DNA of 64,000 bases. Origin: an uncultured Bdellovibrionales bacterium. GTDB lineage: Bacteria; Patescibacteriota; Minisyncoccia; Moranbacterales; DUUL01. Where the stretch lies: the NCBI GenBank assembly GCA_964556685.1, contig CAZKWX010000001.1, forward strand, positions 95,854 through 159,853. The letters are read 5' to 3'. Below are positions 37,389 to 47,820 of the stretch, piece after piece. The translations under genes were made by a program, and so were the position numbers. How positions within the stretch are numbered: the first letter of the stretch is position 1; the number at the start of each line of letters is the position of its first letter. The notes beneath the pieces are model-generated. The model worked only from the letters and a program-made list of their open reading frames with translations. It was not told the origin of the DNA and did no database searches.

Positions 37389-40300
37389 TTAAGTTACAAT
37401 GTTAACTAGCCGTCCTTTCACATAAATCACTTTCTTTGGTTTCTTTCTTCCTAAGTGTCTTTGTACTTTTTCGCTTCCCAAAGCAATCTTCTCTGCTTCT
37501 TTCTCTGAAATATCTTTTGAAACCATCACTTTATCACGCACTTTGCCATTGACCTGAATCACCAATTCAATTTCATCTTCAATTACTTTCTTGGGATCAA
37601 ACTTGGGCCATCTTTGTTCAAAGATTGAAGTATGCTTCTGGGCTTTCTTATTTTCCCCCTTTAGCAAAGGGGGTGTCCCGGCCTTGCCGGGACGGAGGAT
37701 TTGAAGTTCAGCCCAAAATTCTTCCGCTATATGAGGTGCCATTGGGGCTATAACCAATGCTAACGTCTCTTTTACCTTTTTAGCTTGAACTTTGTTAAAA
37801 TCATCTTTGTGATCCCGCATCCAGTTGACATATTCCATAATCCTCGCCACTGCTGTGTTGAAAGAAAGTTTTTCAATATCTTCTCCAACAACTTTGATTG
37901 TTTTGTCAATCATAGACATGTTCAATGGCTTTGTCTTGTTTTGTAGATGACGCAGATCTGCGTCATCTACAGACTTTGTATCGTCTGCTCCTACCTCATG
38001 AAAAACTTTCCACATTCGATTGAGGAACTTGTGCATTCCTTCAATGCCACTGTCTCGCCAGTCACCACCTTGGGCAAAGTCTCCTACAAATCGAAGATAG
38101 AGCCGTACAGTGTCAGCACCATACTTTTTGATCGCATCATCGGGGTTAACCACATTGCCTTTCGATTTGCTCATCTTAGTCCCGTCTTTGGTAATCAAAC
38201 CATGTCCAAAAAATCTCTTGTAAGGCTCGTCAAAATCAATGTAACCCAAGTCTTTCAAAACCATGGTCATGAAACGAGAATAAAGAAGATGTAAGACTGT
38301 GTGCTCCTTGCCACCAATGTAACTGTCCACCGGCAGCCATTTCTTGGTTCGCTTTCTGTCAAAAATCACCTCATTAAATTCAGTCGATGGATAGCGGAAA
38401 AAATACCAAGCGCTGTCGAGGAACGGATCCGAGACATCGGTTTCTCGCTCGGCGTCTCCTTCACAAACTGGGCATTTAACTTTGACAAACTTTTCATTTT
38501 TGGCCAAAGGCCCCTTGCCTTTCCCTTCCGGCAAAAAATCTTCCATCGGTGGTAATTTCACCGGAAGATCTTCCTCGGGAACCGAGACTGCCACTGGCTC
38601 AATACTCTCTTGGATTTTCTCTAGCAATTCTGGAAACTTCTTATTCTTTGGATTATCATCTACACAAAAATGCTTCCTGCCTTTAAGTTTTATTAATTTT
38701 GCACCCAACTTATTGCTAATCATCTCTGCACTTTCAACTCGATGAGTTTTGTCATTTGAGATAAAAATGGTCAGACTCTCAATCTGGTTTTTCAAACTCG
38801 AGTCAATTTTAAAATCAACAAAGCCTTTTATTCGCTCTTCTCTCTTAACTAATTTTTTAGATGGAGCATTTAAAATAACATTTCTAGCTTTTCTCCCTGT
38901 TTCTGATAGCCATTTTAATATAAAAGCTCCTCCGGCACTTGTTCCAACTAAAATTGTATCTTCATCAACATCAAAATTATCAATAGTTTCTTTCCAGTCT
39001 TCATAGTCCGGCTTCCAGTCTGTCGGCATAATTGGATTTATAACTTCAAATCCGTTCTTTTTCAGCTCTTTTTCAAGCCAGCTATGCCAATGTCGAACAT
39101 TCGGTTCAACATAATCTTTGTCGTGAGCTTTCGTCCGACCTGAAGAACCATGGATCATTAAAACTTTAATCCTTTTCAGCCCCTCCTTTTTCCTCCCCTT
39201 ACTAAGGGGAGGATTTAGGTGGGGTCCAAGCGCACAGCGCTTGCACCAGACAATCGGAATCGGCGGCCCCCAATATCTTTGCCGTGAAATGCACCAGTCA
39301 CGTAATTTGTAATTAACCGTCCATTTTCCATTTCCCTTTTCGACAGAAAAATCACCAATTGCTTTTCGAGCTTTCTTGGTTGGCATATCATCGAATTTCC
39401 CAGCATTCATCATCAGTCCCTCATTAACATAAGCCTTTTTCATTTTCTTTGGATCAAGCTTCTTTTCTCCCTTGGGATAAATCACGGGCACCAAATCTAG
39501 CTTATATTTTTTGGCAAACTCAAAATCTCTTTGATCGTGAGTGGGAGTGCACTTTACAATTCCCGTGCCATATTCATAGACAGCGAAATTAGCAGTATAA
39601 ATTGGCATTTCCCGGCCATTGAGATGATTGATCGCATACCGACCTGTAAAAAATCCTTCTTTCTTCTTTTCGACGTTGGCTGGGTCTTTGACTTTTTCTT
39701 CAATCACCTTCCGGCAGAAATCTTTGGCTCCTTTTTCATATTTTGTGCCTTGGACTAATTCATCAACAACAGGATGTTCTGGAGCAACAACCATAAAAGT
39801 AGCTCCCCAAGTGGTGTGTGGCCAGGTGGTAAAAGTTTTCAATTTTAATTTTATATCTTTGACTTTCCATTCTTCTTCCAAACCTTTACTTTTTCCAATC
39901 CAATTCCTCTGATTGGTTTTCACATCATCCGGCCAGTCGATCCAATCTAAATTCTTTAATAGCTGATCGGCATATTTAGTAATAGCAAAAAACCATTGCT
40001 TTAATTCTTTTTTCTCAACAACGCTGTCGCAGCGTTCGCACTTTCCTGCAATCACCTGTTCATCAGACAAAACTGTTTTACATGAAGGACACCAGTTCAC
40101 CTTGGCTTCTTTTTGATAGGCTAGTCCCTTCTTGAACATCTGCAGAAAAATCCATTGAGTCCACTTATAATAATTCGGTTTGTAAGTCTCCACTGTCCGC
40201 GACCAATCATACATGTTTCCGATTTCATGCAATTGCCGATAGAAATTTTTCTCACTCCTTTTAGAAACATCGCTAATGTGTTCGCCAATTTTCATGGCAT

Positions 40301-40583
40301 AGTTCTCACTGTGAATGCCAAATCCATCCAAACCAATCGGCTCAAAAACGTCATAGCCTTCTAACTTCTTGAAACGCCCATAGACATCGGCTCCGGTGAA
40401 GGCATACATGTTCCCCACATGCAATCCTTCTGCGGAGGGATAGGGGAACATCATCAGATTGTGAAATGGCTTCTTGGCTTTGTCCAAATCGGGTCGAAAA
40501 ACACCTGAGTCTTTCCAGGATTTTTGCCATTTTTTTTCGATAGATTTGAAATTATATTTCGGAATTGGTTGCTTTTTTGTCAT
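37389..40583 (-). CDS. leuS: leucine--tRNA ligase with inserted alpha/beta-hydrolase domain
   Basis: HIGH-type motif (GLHVGNMYAF), KMSKSKGN, and the CP1/editing and anticodon domains. It is 1064 aa, longer than typical bacterial LeuRS. About 210 extra residues sit between ...VWCKRC and VSVPEEDLPVKLP. Confidence 0.9.
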   Translation of the reverse strand: MTKKQPIPKYNFKSIEKKWQKSWKDSGVFRPDLDKAKKPFHNLMMFPYPSAEGLHVGNMYAFTGADVYGRFKKLEGYDVFEPIGLDGFGIHSENYAMKIGEHISDVSKRSEKNFYRQLHEIGNMYDWSRTVETYKPNYYKWTQWIFLQMFKKGLAYQKEAKVNWCPSCKTVLSDEQVIAGKCERCDSVVEKKELKQWFFAITKYADQLLKNLDWIDWPDDVKTNQRNWIGKSKGLEEEWKVKDIKLKLKTFTTWPHTTWGATFMVVAPEHPVVDELVQGTKYEKGAKDFCRKVIEEKVKDPANVEKKKEGFFTGRYAINHLNGREMPIYTANFAVYEYGTGIVKCTPTHDQRDFEFAKKYKLDLVPVIYPKGEKKLDPKKMKKAYVNEGLMMNAGKFDDMPTKKARKAIGDFSVEKGNGKWTVNYKLRDWCISRQRYWGPPIPIVWCKRCALGPHLNPPLSKGRKKEGLKRIKVLMIHGSSGRTKAHDKDYVEPNVRHWHSWLEKELKKNGFEVINPIMPTDWKPDYEDWKETIDNFDVDEDTILVGTSAGGAFILKWLSETGRKARNVILNAPSKKLVKREERIKGFVDFKIDSSLKNQIESLTIFISNDKTHRVESAEMISNKLGAKLIKLKGRKHFCVDDNPKNKKFPELLEKIQESIEPVAVSVPEEDLPVKLPPMEDFLPEGKGKGPLAKNEKFVKVKCPVCEGDAERETDVSDPFLDSAWYFFRYPSTEFNEVIFDRKRTKKWLPVDSYIGGKEHTVLHLLYSRFMTMVLKDLGYIDFDEPYKRFFGHGLITKDGTKMSKSKGNVVNPDDAIKKYGADTVRLYLRFVGDFAQGGDWRDSGIEGMHKFLNRMWKVFHEVGADDTKSVDDADLRHLQNKTKPLNMSMIDKTIKVVGEDIEKLSFNTAVARIMEYVNWMRDHKDDFNKVQAKKVKETLALVIAPMAPHIAEEFWAELQILRPGKAGTPPLLKGENKKAQKHTSIFEQRWPKFDPKKVIEDEIELVIQVNGKVRDKVMVSKDISEKEAEKIALGSEKVQRHLGRKKPKKVIYVKGRLVNIVT

Positions 40584-40700
40584 GTTTATGTCAATAATTA
40601 TTGCAGTTCATTAAATAGACAAATTAATTTTAGCTTATAAAAAGCATTTTTTCAAGGTATCTTAAATTATCATCAATCTACCTAATGAAAGGAGGTCGCA

Positions 40701-41090
40701 ATGTCTTGGGAATTAATTCGTATAACTAAGCTAAAAGAAATACTCGATGGGGATATCTTTGTTCTGGGAGTCCCTAGAGATTTCACTGATAAAGATTTTG
40801 AAAAACTCGTTCTCTTTTTGGAAAGTGAAGAGGGCCTAGACCAGGTTAAGCATCTCGCATTACGACTGGTCATGAACATTGAAGTGAGCGGCGATGATGA
40901 AGACAAAAGATATCAATTGGCATGTGGACCCGTTCCCGGCTTTACAGTCTTCGCTCAATACTTTGTCAGTGCAACTAGGACAAGGCCTTCATCTCGTAGA
41001 TTCAAATGGAGTTTCCACGGATTCCGCAAAGTCGCCGGGATAATAAGAAAAGTGATTGAAGATGTTTCTGGCAATGATGTTTCCTTTTAA
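40701..41090 (+). CDS. hypothetical protein
   Basis: SD GAAAGGAGGT precedes the ATG. 129 aa. Confidence 0.45.
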   Translation: MSWELIRITKLKEILDGDIFVLGVPRDFTDKDFEKLVLFLESEEGLDQVKHLALRLVMNIEVSGDDEDKRYQLACGPVPGFTVFAQYFVSATRTRPSSRRFKWSFHGFRKVAGIIRKVIEDVSGNDVSF

Positions 41091-41105
41091 AAAGAGGAGA
41101 TTGAC

Positions 41106-41402
41106 ATGATAAAGACCGTAAGTGCGAGCTACTTAGAGAAAGAACATCTGGCCAGGGGAAATCTGTTGCTATTCGTGTTAAAAGAAGGAGTGGCTTTTAA
41201 TGATTCAGGGCTCCAAGAAACCTGTCCAAACCGAGAAGCCATCATCCAAGTTTGTTTCTTTCCAGGCGGAGCAATCCTCGTTCGTACTGAATCGCTCCTC
41301 AATGACTACCATATCTTCCAGCCTTTTGAAGATCGATTCTGCATTTTGAAAACTAATGAAAAATCAGGTCTTTTCAGAGGAATTGGACTTGGATTGGTAT
41401 AA
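41106..41402 (+). CDS. hypothetical protein
   Basis: SD AAGAGGAG precedes the ATG. 98 aa. Confidence 0.45.
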   Translation: MIKTVSASYLEKEHLARGNLLLFVLKEGVAFNDSGLQETCPNREAIIQVCFFPGGAILVRTESLLNDYHIFQPFEDRFCILKTNEKSGLFRGIGLGLV

Positions 41403-41520
41403 TAAAGACAAAAGGGGCTCGAAATCACTTTTTACATACCGCGGCTTTATTAAAAGTCGCGGTTCATCTTTTTTTGGGAATATGCTATAATTTAACAAAG
41501 AAGATTCTCTTCTCAGGTTT

Positions 41521-41640
41521 ATTTGCTTCCCTTGGTGCAAGGGGAGATTAAGAGGGGTTAGCTTGAATAGCAATAGAGACCGGCCAATTCACTTAACTCC
41601 CCTTAGTCCCCTCTTTCCAAAAGAGGGGAAATGAATAAGT
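41521..41640. repeat. short copy of the multi-hairpin element family
   Basis: cttcccttggtgcaaggggag...gaggggttagcttgaatagcaatagagaccggccaattcacttaactcccc...cccctctttccaaaagaggggaaa. It aligns to 17341..17500 with the central gaattc hairpin deleted. Confidence 0.7.
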
Positions 41641-41676
41641 TTCTTGTAGTTTAAAGTAATCTATAATTCTCCTCTG

Positions 41677-42039
41677 ATGCTTCGTAAATTCCTCATCCTA
41701 CCCATAATTGTATTTTTATTCATCGCTTTCTTTCAGCTGTCACTGAGAGATTATTTATATTTCGCTCTCTGGTTTTTTGTGGCTGCAATAATGGCCTTCA
41801 CTTTGGCACCCGTCATTATCAAAGACGTCAACGACAAACACGTGCCCGTGATGCATATCTTTATCACTTTTGCTCTGATCATCCTCATTGGAGCAGTGAT
41901 TGTGTTTGCTGATTTGATTCGTTCGGATTTCTCCAGTGAAATGATTGCCTTCTTCACTATTGTTGGTGGCCTGGCCATTACTGGAATAATCATGCTTATC
42001 AAAGGCAAGGAAGGAAAAGGCAGTAAACCGTGGACATAA
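41677..42039 (+). CDS. small integral membrane protein (3-4 TM)
   Basis: Hydrophobic 120-aa ORF. Confidence 0.4.
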   Translation: MLRKFLILPIIVFLFIAFFQLSLRDYLYFALWFFVAAIMAFTLAPVIIKDVNDKHVPVMHIFITFALIILIGAVIVFADLIRSDFSSEMIAFFTIVGGLAITGIIMLIKGKEGKGSKPWT

Positions 42040-42147
42040 TAAAAAACCCCTGAAAAATACGGCTCGCTATACTTGCCCGTATTTTTCTTCCCCCTTTATA
42101 AAGAGGGACACAGAGGGTTTTTATCAATCGAGATTGTTAATTTTCTT

Positions 42148-42900
42148 CTACCACTTCCAAACTGCCCAAGCCGCAAATTCTGCTGGCTTTTTTTGTTCTC
42201 CTACCATTCGAACTATCTTGAATGATCCTGGTGTGTTTTGAGCTTTAACCTGAGTTTTCGAAATTGGATTCTTATCCACGACAAACACAATCCAATTTTT
42301 TCCTTCCCAATTTTCAAGATAAAACATTTTCTTACTTGCTTGAGCAGTCACCACTCCCGATAATGTTCCCTTCTCCGGTTGAGACCAATATTCTTTTGAA
42401 GTGACAATAATCATGTCATATCCTTTTTGATTTTCGAGCAGGCTCATGACACCACGATCAAGCCGGGCATAAGAAGCTACTACTCCTATCACCAACGCTC
42501 CAAAAACGATCACCCCCAAAAGCATCCACTCCTCATGCTGACAAAGACGGCGACTTTTTCGATATGATCGAGCCGCTAGATAGATAAAAAGAATTGTCAA
42601 ACCAATCAGAAAATAGGGAAGTGACCCAAAGAATAATCCCGGCTTTTGTGCCGCCATGACACCCATTTGAAAATTCCCGATATAGGTGGTTGAAGCGCTG
42701 ATCAAAAAAACTGTCAGAACAAAAAACATCCCTGCCAATGTCAACCAAGCTAAAGATTTGAATGCAAAAAAACAACGAGGCTTCATCTTGACCTCTTCTT
42801 TTTTAATTTCTTCATAAACCTTTCCGCTGATTTTTTCTTTGTTGCTCATTTGAGTTTCGGTATATAAAATATTAGATGTTGCGGGTCGCGATGCTGGCAT
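42148..42900 (-). CDS. membrane protein downstream of the ECF sigma factor (putative anti-sigma factor)
   Basis: The position immediately 3' of the sigma gene and TM segments after a short cytoplasmic N-terminus. The start is uncertain (alternative Met at 42852). Confidence 0.4.
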   Translation of the reverse strand: MPASRPATSNILYTETQMSNKEKISGKVYEEIKKEEVKMKPRCFFAFKSLAWLTLAGMFFVLTVFLISASTTYIGNFQMGVMAAQKPGLFFGSLPYFLIGLTILFIYLAARSYRKSRRLCQHEEWMLLGVIVFGALVIGVVASYARLDRGVMSLLENQKGYDMIIVTSKEYWSQPEKGTLSGVVTAQASKKMFYLENWEGKNWIVFVVDKNPISKTQVKAQNTPGSFKIVRMVGEQKKPAEFAAWAVWKW

Positions 42901-43495
42901 CGATTCCCTGCTGTGTCAACTGTTTCTTCAAAACTTTCTTGGCTCGGTTGAGCAGTGTGCCTACTGTTCCAATTGGTTTTTTCAAAATGTCAGCAATTTC
43001 CTGATAGCTCTTCCCTTCCAAATAGTTCAAAACTAAAACAGTCCTATATTTCTCGTCGATTTCTTCAATTGCTTTTTTGACTTGCTCATTGGTGATCTTT
43101 TGATAGACTCCCTGTTCAGTATCATAATCATCTTTGATAATATTCTTCAGCGCTTCATTGTCATCCCAAGAAACATTGTTGGCTGTCTTTTTTTTATTAC
43201 GGCGCCAGTAATTGATTGTTTCATTGTGGGCAATTCGATAGAGCCATGAGGAAAATTTCAAATCGGTGTCAAAAGAGTTGAGATTGATGTAAACTTTCAA
43301 GAAAACTTCCTGCACAATGTCCGCCGCCGTTTCTTCATCCACGCCACTAATCCGGCGCACGTAGCGCATCATTTTGTCATCATAGCGTTCCATCAGGCAG
43401 ACATAGCAATCCTTTTTGTTTTTCACGAAAGTGACCAATTCTTCATCGGTCTTGTTGGGACAATCATTCAGATTGGGACAATCCATTATTGGCAT
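42872..43495 (-). CDS. RNA polymerase sigma-70 factor, ECF subfamily
   Basis: Region 2 (DIVQEVFLKVY, WLYRIAHNETINYWRR) and region 4 (SYQEIADILKKPIGTVGTLLNRAKKVL). Confidence 0.75.
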   Translation of the reverse strand: MPIMDCPNLNDCPNKTDEELVTFVKNKKDCYVCLMERYDDKMMRYVRRISGVDEETAADIVQEVFLKVYINLNSFDTDLKFSSWLYRIAHNETINYWRRNKKKTANNVSWDDNEALKNIIKDDYDTEQGVYQKITNEQVKKAIEEIDEKYRTVLVLNYLEGKSYQEIADILKKPIGTVGTLLNRAKKVLKKQLTQQGIDASIATRNI

Positions 43496-44537
43496 TTTTG
43501 CTATTATTTTTATTAAGCCTGAAAAGGCGAAACCCACCGAAGCTACGCTTTTTTATACTGTTAATTTGCAAATGCCTTCATATTTATAAGGCAAAAGCTT
43601 TTTTGTATAATTCTGCGAAGATGGGCGCCCTCGTCAAGTGTTATTCCTTTGATACTATCAATCAGGTCAATGCAGAATAGCACACTACTTGACTTTTTTC
43701 CAGTATTTTGGTTGACTAAGGGTGTTCCATCTTGTTCCTCTTTCCTCCTGAGTGGGTTCGGTTCCCAGATACTGAGCCCGCTCTACACAAAAAACTTCTC
43801 TGAATTAGGGAAGTCAGTATATGCCCCGTTAAGTCCCGCGGTAAGAAACTTAGTCATTCACCGCCATTGACTTCTCGGGGTTTTTTATTTGACATCCACA
43901 CAAAACCTTCCCTGCAACTAAAACATTCCATCTCTATACTTTGATATATTGATATATTGATATATCAAAGTGAACAATGGATAATCTAAAATTTTTGAAG
44001 CTTTTGGAATGTGCCCCAATAAACTCTACTGCGCAAAGACAATTCTACTTGTGACTGCATCACGGATTTTACGGAGCTTTTTGTTTGACAATTTTTACAA
44101 AACCTTCAATACTTAATGGTAACTGTTCTTTGTCCCTGCTCCGGAGTTTACGGCAAGGATGTTCGTAGTCTAAAAGACTATAGATGGACATCACGGCAAT
44201 GCCGTCTTTGTCCAGCGTCATTCGTGCAGACCGAATCTCTGGGCAAAGAACAGTCCAAAAAAACTTTAAAATCTTCGGGCCCAACCAGGCCCTTTTTGTT
44301 TTCCTAATCATTATTTTAAACAAATAATGATTTTCTACTAACAACAGAATCACATTCTGTTTCTCAACACATCCCACTTCAGTATATTGTAGTGTTACTT
44401 GATTGCTGTTGTGAATAACACCTATTTTTGGCTTTTTGATTTTGGAAACTGCTACTTTAAAAAAACAAATACCCGATAGACAAAATCGGGATTTTATTCA
44501 GCAATAATTCTTTCGTCGGCTTTAACCTTCTATAAAA

Positions 44538-45938
44538 TCAGCAACAATATAGCTTATCTGGAATTTCATCGTCCGACTTCTCGCCAAATGGATTATTGTG
44601 TTTTTTTATATTTTTTAACATCTCTTTGTTCGACTCAGTTTGCATTCCTTTTTTCTCCTGCTCTGCACGAATCATTCGAACATAATATGGTAGTTTAATT
44701 CCCATGGGACAATTCCGGTGACAGACTCCGCAGAAGGTACAAGAAAAACTACCGGCGTCTTTGGCCCTTCTCAGCATTTCATTATCTAGATCACGACTTG
44801 CATCGTTCGCACCCTTCCGCGCCAATCCGCGTTCAGTCTGCGCGGATCCGCGCGCTCCATCCTCTTGGAGCGATAGATTGGCTGTCATGATGATTCCTTT
44901 TGATCCAGCAAATTTTCCGCCATATTTTTTGCCCATTTGATGATAGACTGGACAAAAATTGACGCAGGCTCCACAATTGATGCAACGCACCATTTCATCG
45001 AATCCTTTCTTGACCATTTCCCTTCTTCCATTGTCCACCAATATTAGATGCACTTCTTTGGCCCCCTGAGCTCCCTCCACTAGTTGATTTTCAATATCAG
45101 CTGTTTTTGATGGTCCAGAAACAACTGAAATATACTGAGCACAATCTTGACCAGTTCCAAAAACTGCCGCTACTCGACAAAGTTGAGTTGCATCTTCAAT
45201 AGTTTCAACCAATTTATCGATTCCACAAATTACGATGTGCTTCTCAGGAATACGCGAAACCAGAGAAATGTTTCCTTCATTTTCTAACAACACAACTTGT
45301 CCCGTCTGCGTGAAAAAATTCGCCCCGGTGATTCCCGTGTCTGCTTGTAAAATATTAGCTCTTATTTTTTTACAAAGATAGCGAGTGAGTTTTTTTGGAT
45401 CAGCTTTCACTTCATCTCCATAGACTTCTTTAATCCTTTCAGCAATTTGTTTACTATTCAAATGAAGCGCTGGCAACACATAATGTTGATCTTCTTCTTC
45501 CATCAAATTCACCACGAAGTCTCCTAGATCCGTTTCAAAATTATCCTGCCCCATTTTTTCTAGTAATTTTTCAACGCCAATTTCCTTCCCCATGTTTGAT
45601 TTAGACTTTACGATCTTATCTGTATCTTTAGAGGTACCTTTTTCCGCCCAAGGCGGACCAGCCTTTGGCTGGAAGATTTTTTTTAGTAAATTTCGTGCTT
45701 CACCTGCGTCTCTAACTTCAGAAACTTTAAACCCATGTTTTTGCAGATTTTCTTTCGCTTCTTTTAAGTTTTTTTCAAAGTTATCACCAAAAACTTTTTT
45801 TCTGATTTTTTTCACTTCGTTCCGATATTCATCTTTTGTCACGCCCAAATCTTCCAGCGTCCGAATGCGCTTTTTTCCGTAGTTGTAAACTACTTTCTTG
45901 ATTGATTGTTTGGTTTTATCGTCTAAAAATCTTGACAT
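44538..45938 (-). CDS. LutB-like iron-sulfur protein (LUD/DUF162 domain + 2x[4Fe-4S] ferredoxin motifs)
   Basis: CINCGACVNFCPVY and CTFCGVCHRNCPMG Cys clusters plus an N-terminal LUD-type domain. Confidence 0.65.
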   Translation of the reverse strand: MSRFLDDKTKQSIKKVVYNYGKKRIRTLEDLGVTKDEYRNEVKKIRKKVFGDNFEKNLKEAKENLQKHGFKVSEVRDAGEARNLLKKIFQPKAGPPWAEKGTSKDTDKIVKSKSNMGKEIGVEKLLEKMGQDNFETDLGDFVVNLMEEEDQHYVLPALHLNSKQIAERIKEVYGDEVKADPKKLTRYLCKKIRANILQADTGITGANFFTQTGQVVLLENEGNISLVSRIPEKHIVICGIDKLVETIEDATQLCRVAAVFGTGQDCAQYISVVSGPSKTADIENQLVEGAQGAKEVHLILVDNGRREMVKKGFDEMVRCINCGACVNFCPVYHQMGKKYGGKFAGSKGIIMTANLSLQEDGARGSAQTERGLARKGANDASRDLDNEMLRRAKDAGSFSCTFCGVCHRNCPMGIKLPYYVRMIRAEQEKKGMQTESNKEMLKNIKKHNNPFGEKSDDEIPDKLYCC

Positions 45939-45991
45939 GTTTTATAATACTAATCCGCGAATCTTATACGAATCTACAAATATGCCAATGT

Positions 45992-46396
45992 TTATTCCTT
46001 AGCATATGAGTTGATCACGCGTTTTGGAATTAGGTATTTTTGATGAAAATTGATAAGCAATCCTAATTTCTTATTTGAGAATCTTAAGTATCTTTTTATT
46101 TGGTTGTAATCTTCTCTGACGAATCCTCTTTTTGCTTTCACTTCCAGAATAATTTGGTCTTCTATAATAAAATCTATTCTATTACTATTGTTTTTGATAT
46201 ATTCACTTTCCGTCTCGACTATTACTTCTTTTTCGTAGAACATCCCTTTTTCAATGAGAAGTTTTTCCAAGGCATCACAATATTGTTTTTCCCGACAATA
46301 GTTGCCTAATTCATTGTGAACCTCAAAAAGCATGCCTGTTATTTCGTATGACAATTCTGGATAAATTATTTTTCCTTCGTTATCTTTGATTCGCAC
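45992..46396 (-). CDS. GxxExxY-family protein (PD-(D/E)XK nuclease-like)
   Basis: SYEITGMLFEVHNELGNYCREKQYCDAL matches the GxxExxY signature. Confidence 0.6.
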   Translation of the reverse strand: MRIKDNEGKIIYPELSYEITGMLFEVHNELGNYCREKQYCDALEKLLIEKGMFYEKEVIVETESEYIKNNSNRIDFIIEDQIILEVKAKRGFVREDYNQIKRYLRFSNKKLGLLINFHQKYLIPKRVINSYAKE

Positions 46397-46429
46397 ATTT
46401 GCAGATTAGCATTTATTTGTAGATTCGTA

Positions 46430-47140
46430 TTATAATCTCATATATTTATTCCAATAATCATATAACTCCCTCGTCGACACCAAGTCTCGCGCATTGTAGC
46501 GAGCGATGTCGAGATGTTTTCCTTCCCCAAAAAGCCGAGTTACGTCATCACCATTGATCCCCTCTTCTTTGGGACTTTTGATTCCGAAAGCTCGGCAACA
46601 CAAATGTAAATTTGTTCGTCCCCAAACTGCTCCATAGAAATTGAGTTGATCCATCAGATCAACGTGCTTTGAATCGCGTGGTTGCAAATTTAAATAGCGA
46701 TTGGCCATCAGATTCTTGCTCGGTCGAATCTTGTGAATAGCACTGCGAATCATCAAATAGGGTACATCGAACCCTCTCCCATTGAAACTGACAAATTCTT
46801 CTGCCTTCTCCGCCACCTTCCAAAAACTTTCTAGAATTTCTTTTTCGCCCATCGGTTTGAACTTGATTCCTTCTTCTTCAAACTCCTTGGCATCATCGGC
46901 TAAATTCTGGTGATAGACTGCGCCTTTCTTGGTGTCAGCGTCCAGAACTCCCACCGCGACAATTTCGCCTGTCAGCGGTGAAAAAACCAGCTCATTTTTG
47001 ATTTTCTCCAATTCTTCGTCAAATTTTTCTCCCGGCTCATCACCAACTCTGATTTTTTTGGTCAGCACTTTTTGGGTGACTTCGTCCATCTGGTCATAGT
47101 CTTCCCCAATTGTTTCAATGTCGAAAATAATTTTTGGCAT
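46430..47140 (-). CDS. DEDDy-type 3'-5' exonuclease (PolB-exonuclease-like)
   Basis: Exo I FDIET, Exo II FNGRGFDVPYL, Exo III YNARDL. Confidence 0.65.
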   Translation of the reverse strand: MPKIIFDIETIGEDYDQMDEVTQKVLTKKIRVGDEPGEKFDEELEKIKNELVFSPLTGEIVAVGVLDADTKKGAVYHQNLADDAKEFEEEGIKFKPMGEKEILESFWKVAEKAEEFVSFNGRGFDVPYLMIRSAIHKIRPSKNLMANRYLNLQPRDSKHVDLMDQLNFYGAVWGRTNLHLCCRAFGIKSPKEEGINGDDVTRLFGEGKHLDIARYNARDLVSTRELYDYWNKYMRL

Positions 47141-47241
47141 AGTTGTGTCTTAATAATTTATTATTATTATGATATAAATATTAGTTTTATAGAAGACAAA
47201 TACTTAACATATTCTAGTTTATTCCAAAAGGAGGTTGTCTT

Positions 47242-47745
47242 ATGAATTCGTTCTTTCAAGACCGAAAAGGTTATGAACTTTTTCTCAGGAGACTAGTTAA
47301 TTGTAAATTGAACGGCTATCCATCCAAGAATAGTACCTACAGCAAATTGCCTGATGGATCAAAACGATTCTGGGTCCAAGTAGGCAATGTCATGTTTACA
47401 GACTATTACTGGGGATCTAATCCCTTCTTCGGAGTCGAGGCCGCTTATATCGACGATAGTCATAATACTGTCTTAGTTTGGTCAATGTCATACTGTGGAC
47501 AGTGTTATTACACTCATTCAGAGCAAGTCGAATTTGTGTTTAGCTTTTTAAAATCAGCATTAAAAGAAGTTTCTTCAAGCACGCCCTATCGAGGGCCCCT
47601 CAGTTTTGCAAGAAATGACGGATTGTTGTTTTATGAATGTAAATGGTGGAAATCAACCGGGAATATGCTCCACGGAATGGAAATCATCCGGGATTATCGT
47701 GGAAATGTAGTATATCAATTAACTTTCCACGCTCCTCTCCTGTAA
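47242..47745 (+). CDS. hypothetical protein
   Basis: 167-aa ORF. It is the only plus-strand gene in this block. Confidence 0.35.
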   Translation: MNSFFQDRKGYELFLRRLVNCKLNGYPSKNSTYSKLPDGSKRFWVQVGNVMFTDYYWGSNPFFGVEAAYIDDSHNTVLVWSMSYCGQCYYTHSEQVEFVFSFLKSALKEVSSSTPYRGPLSFARNDGLLFYECKWWKSTGNMLHGMEIIRDYRGNVVYQLTFHAPLL

Positions 47746-47820
47746 TCAACTTCCAACCTATATTTAGAACTCTGCCATCAAAGGCCTTAAATATCAATAA
47801 AAGGCCTTTTTTGTTCCATA

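Noticed and set aside
38600-39250. Intein in leuS
   Set aside because: The inserted segment does not start with Cys/Ser/Thr after a splice junction. It has no His-Asn C-terminal boundary and no block A/B motifs.
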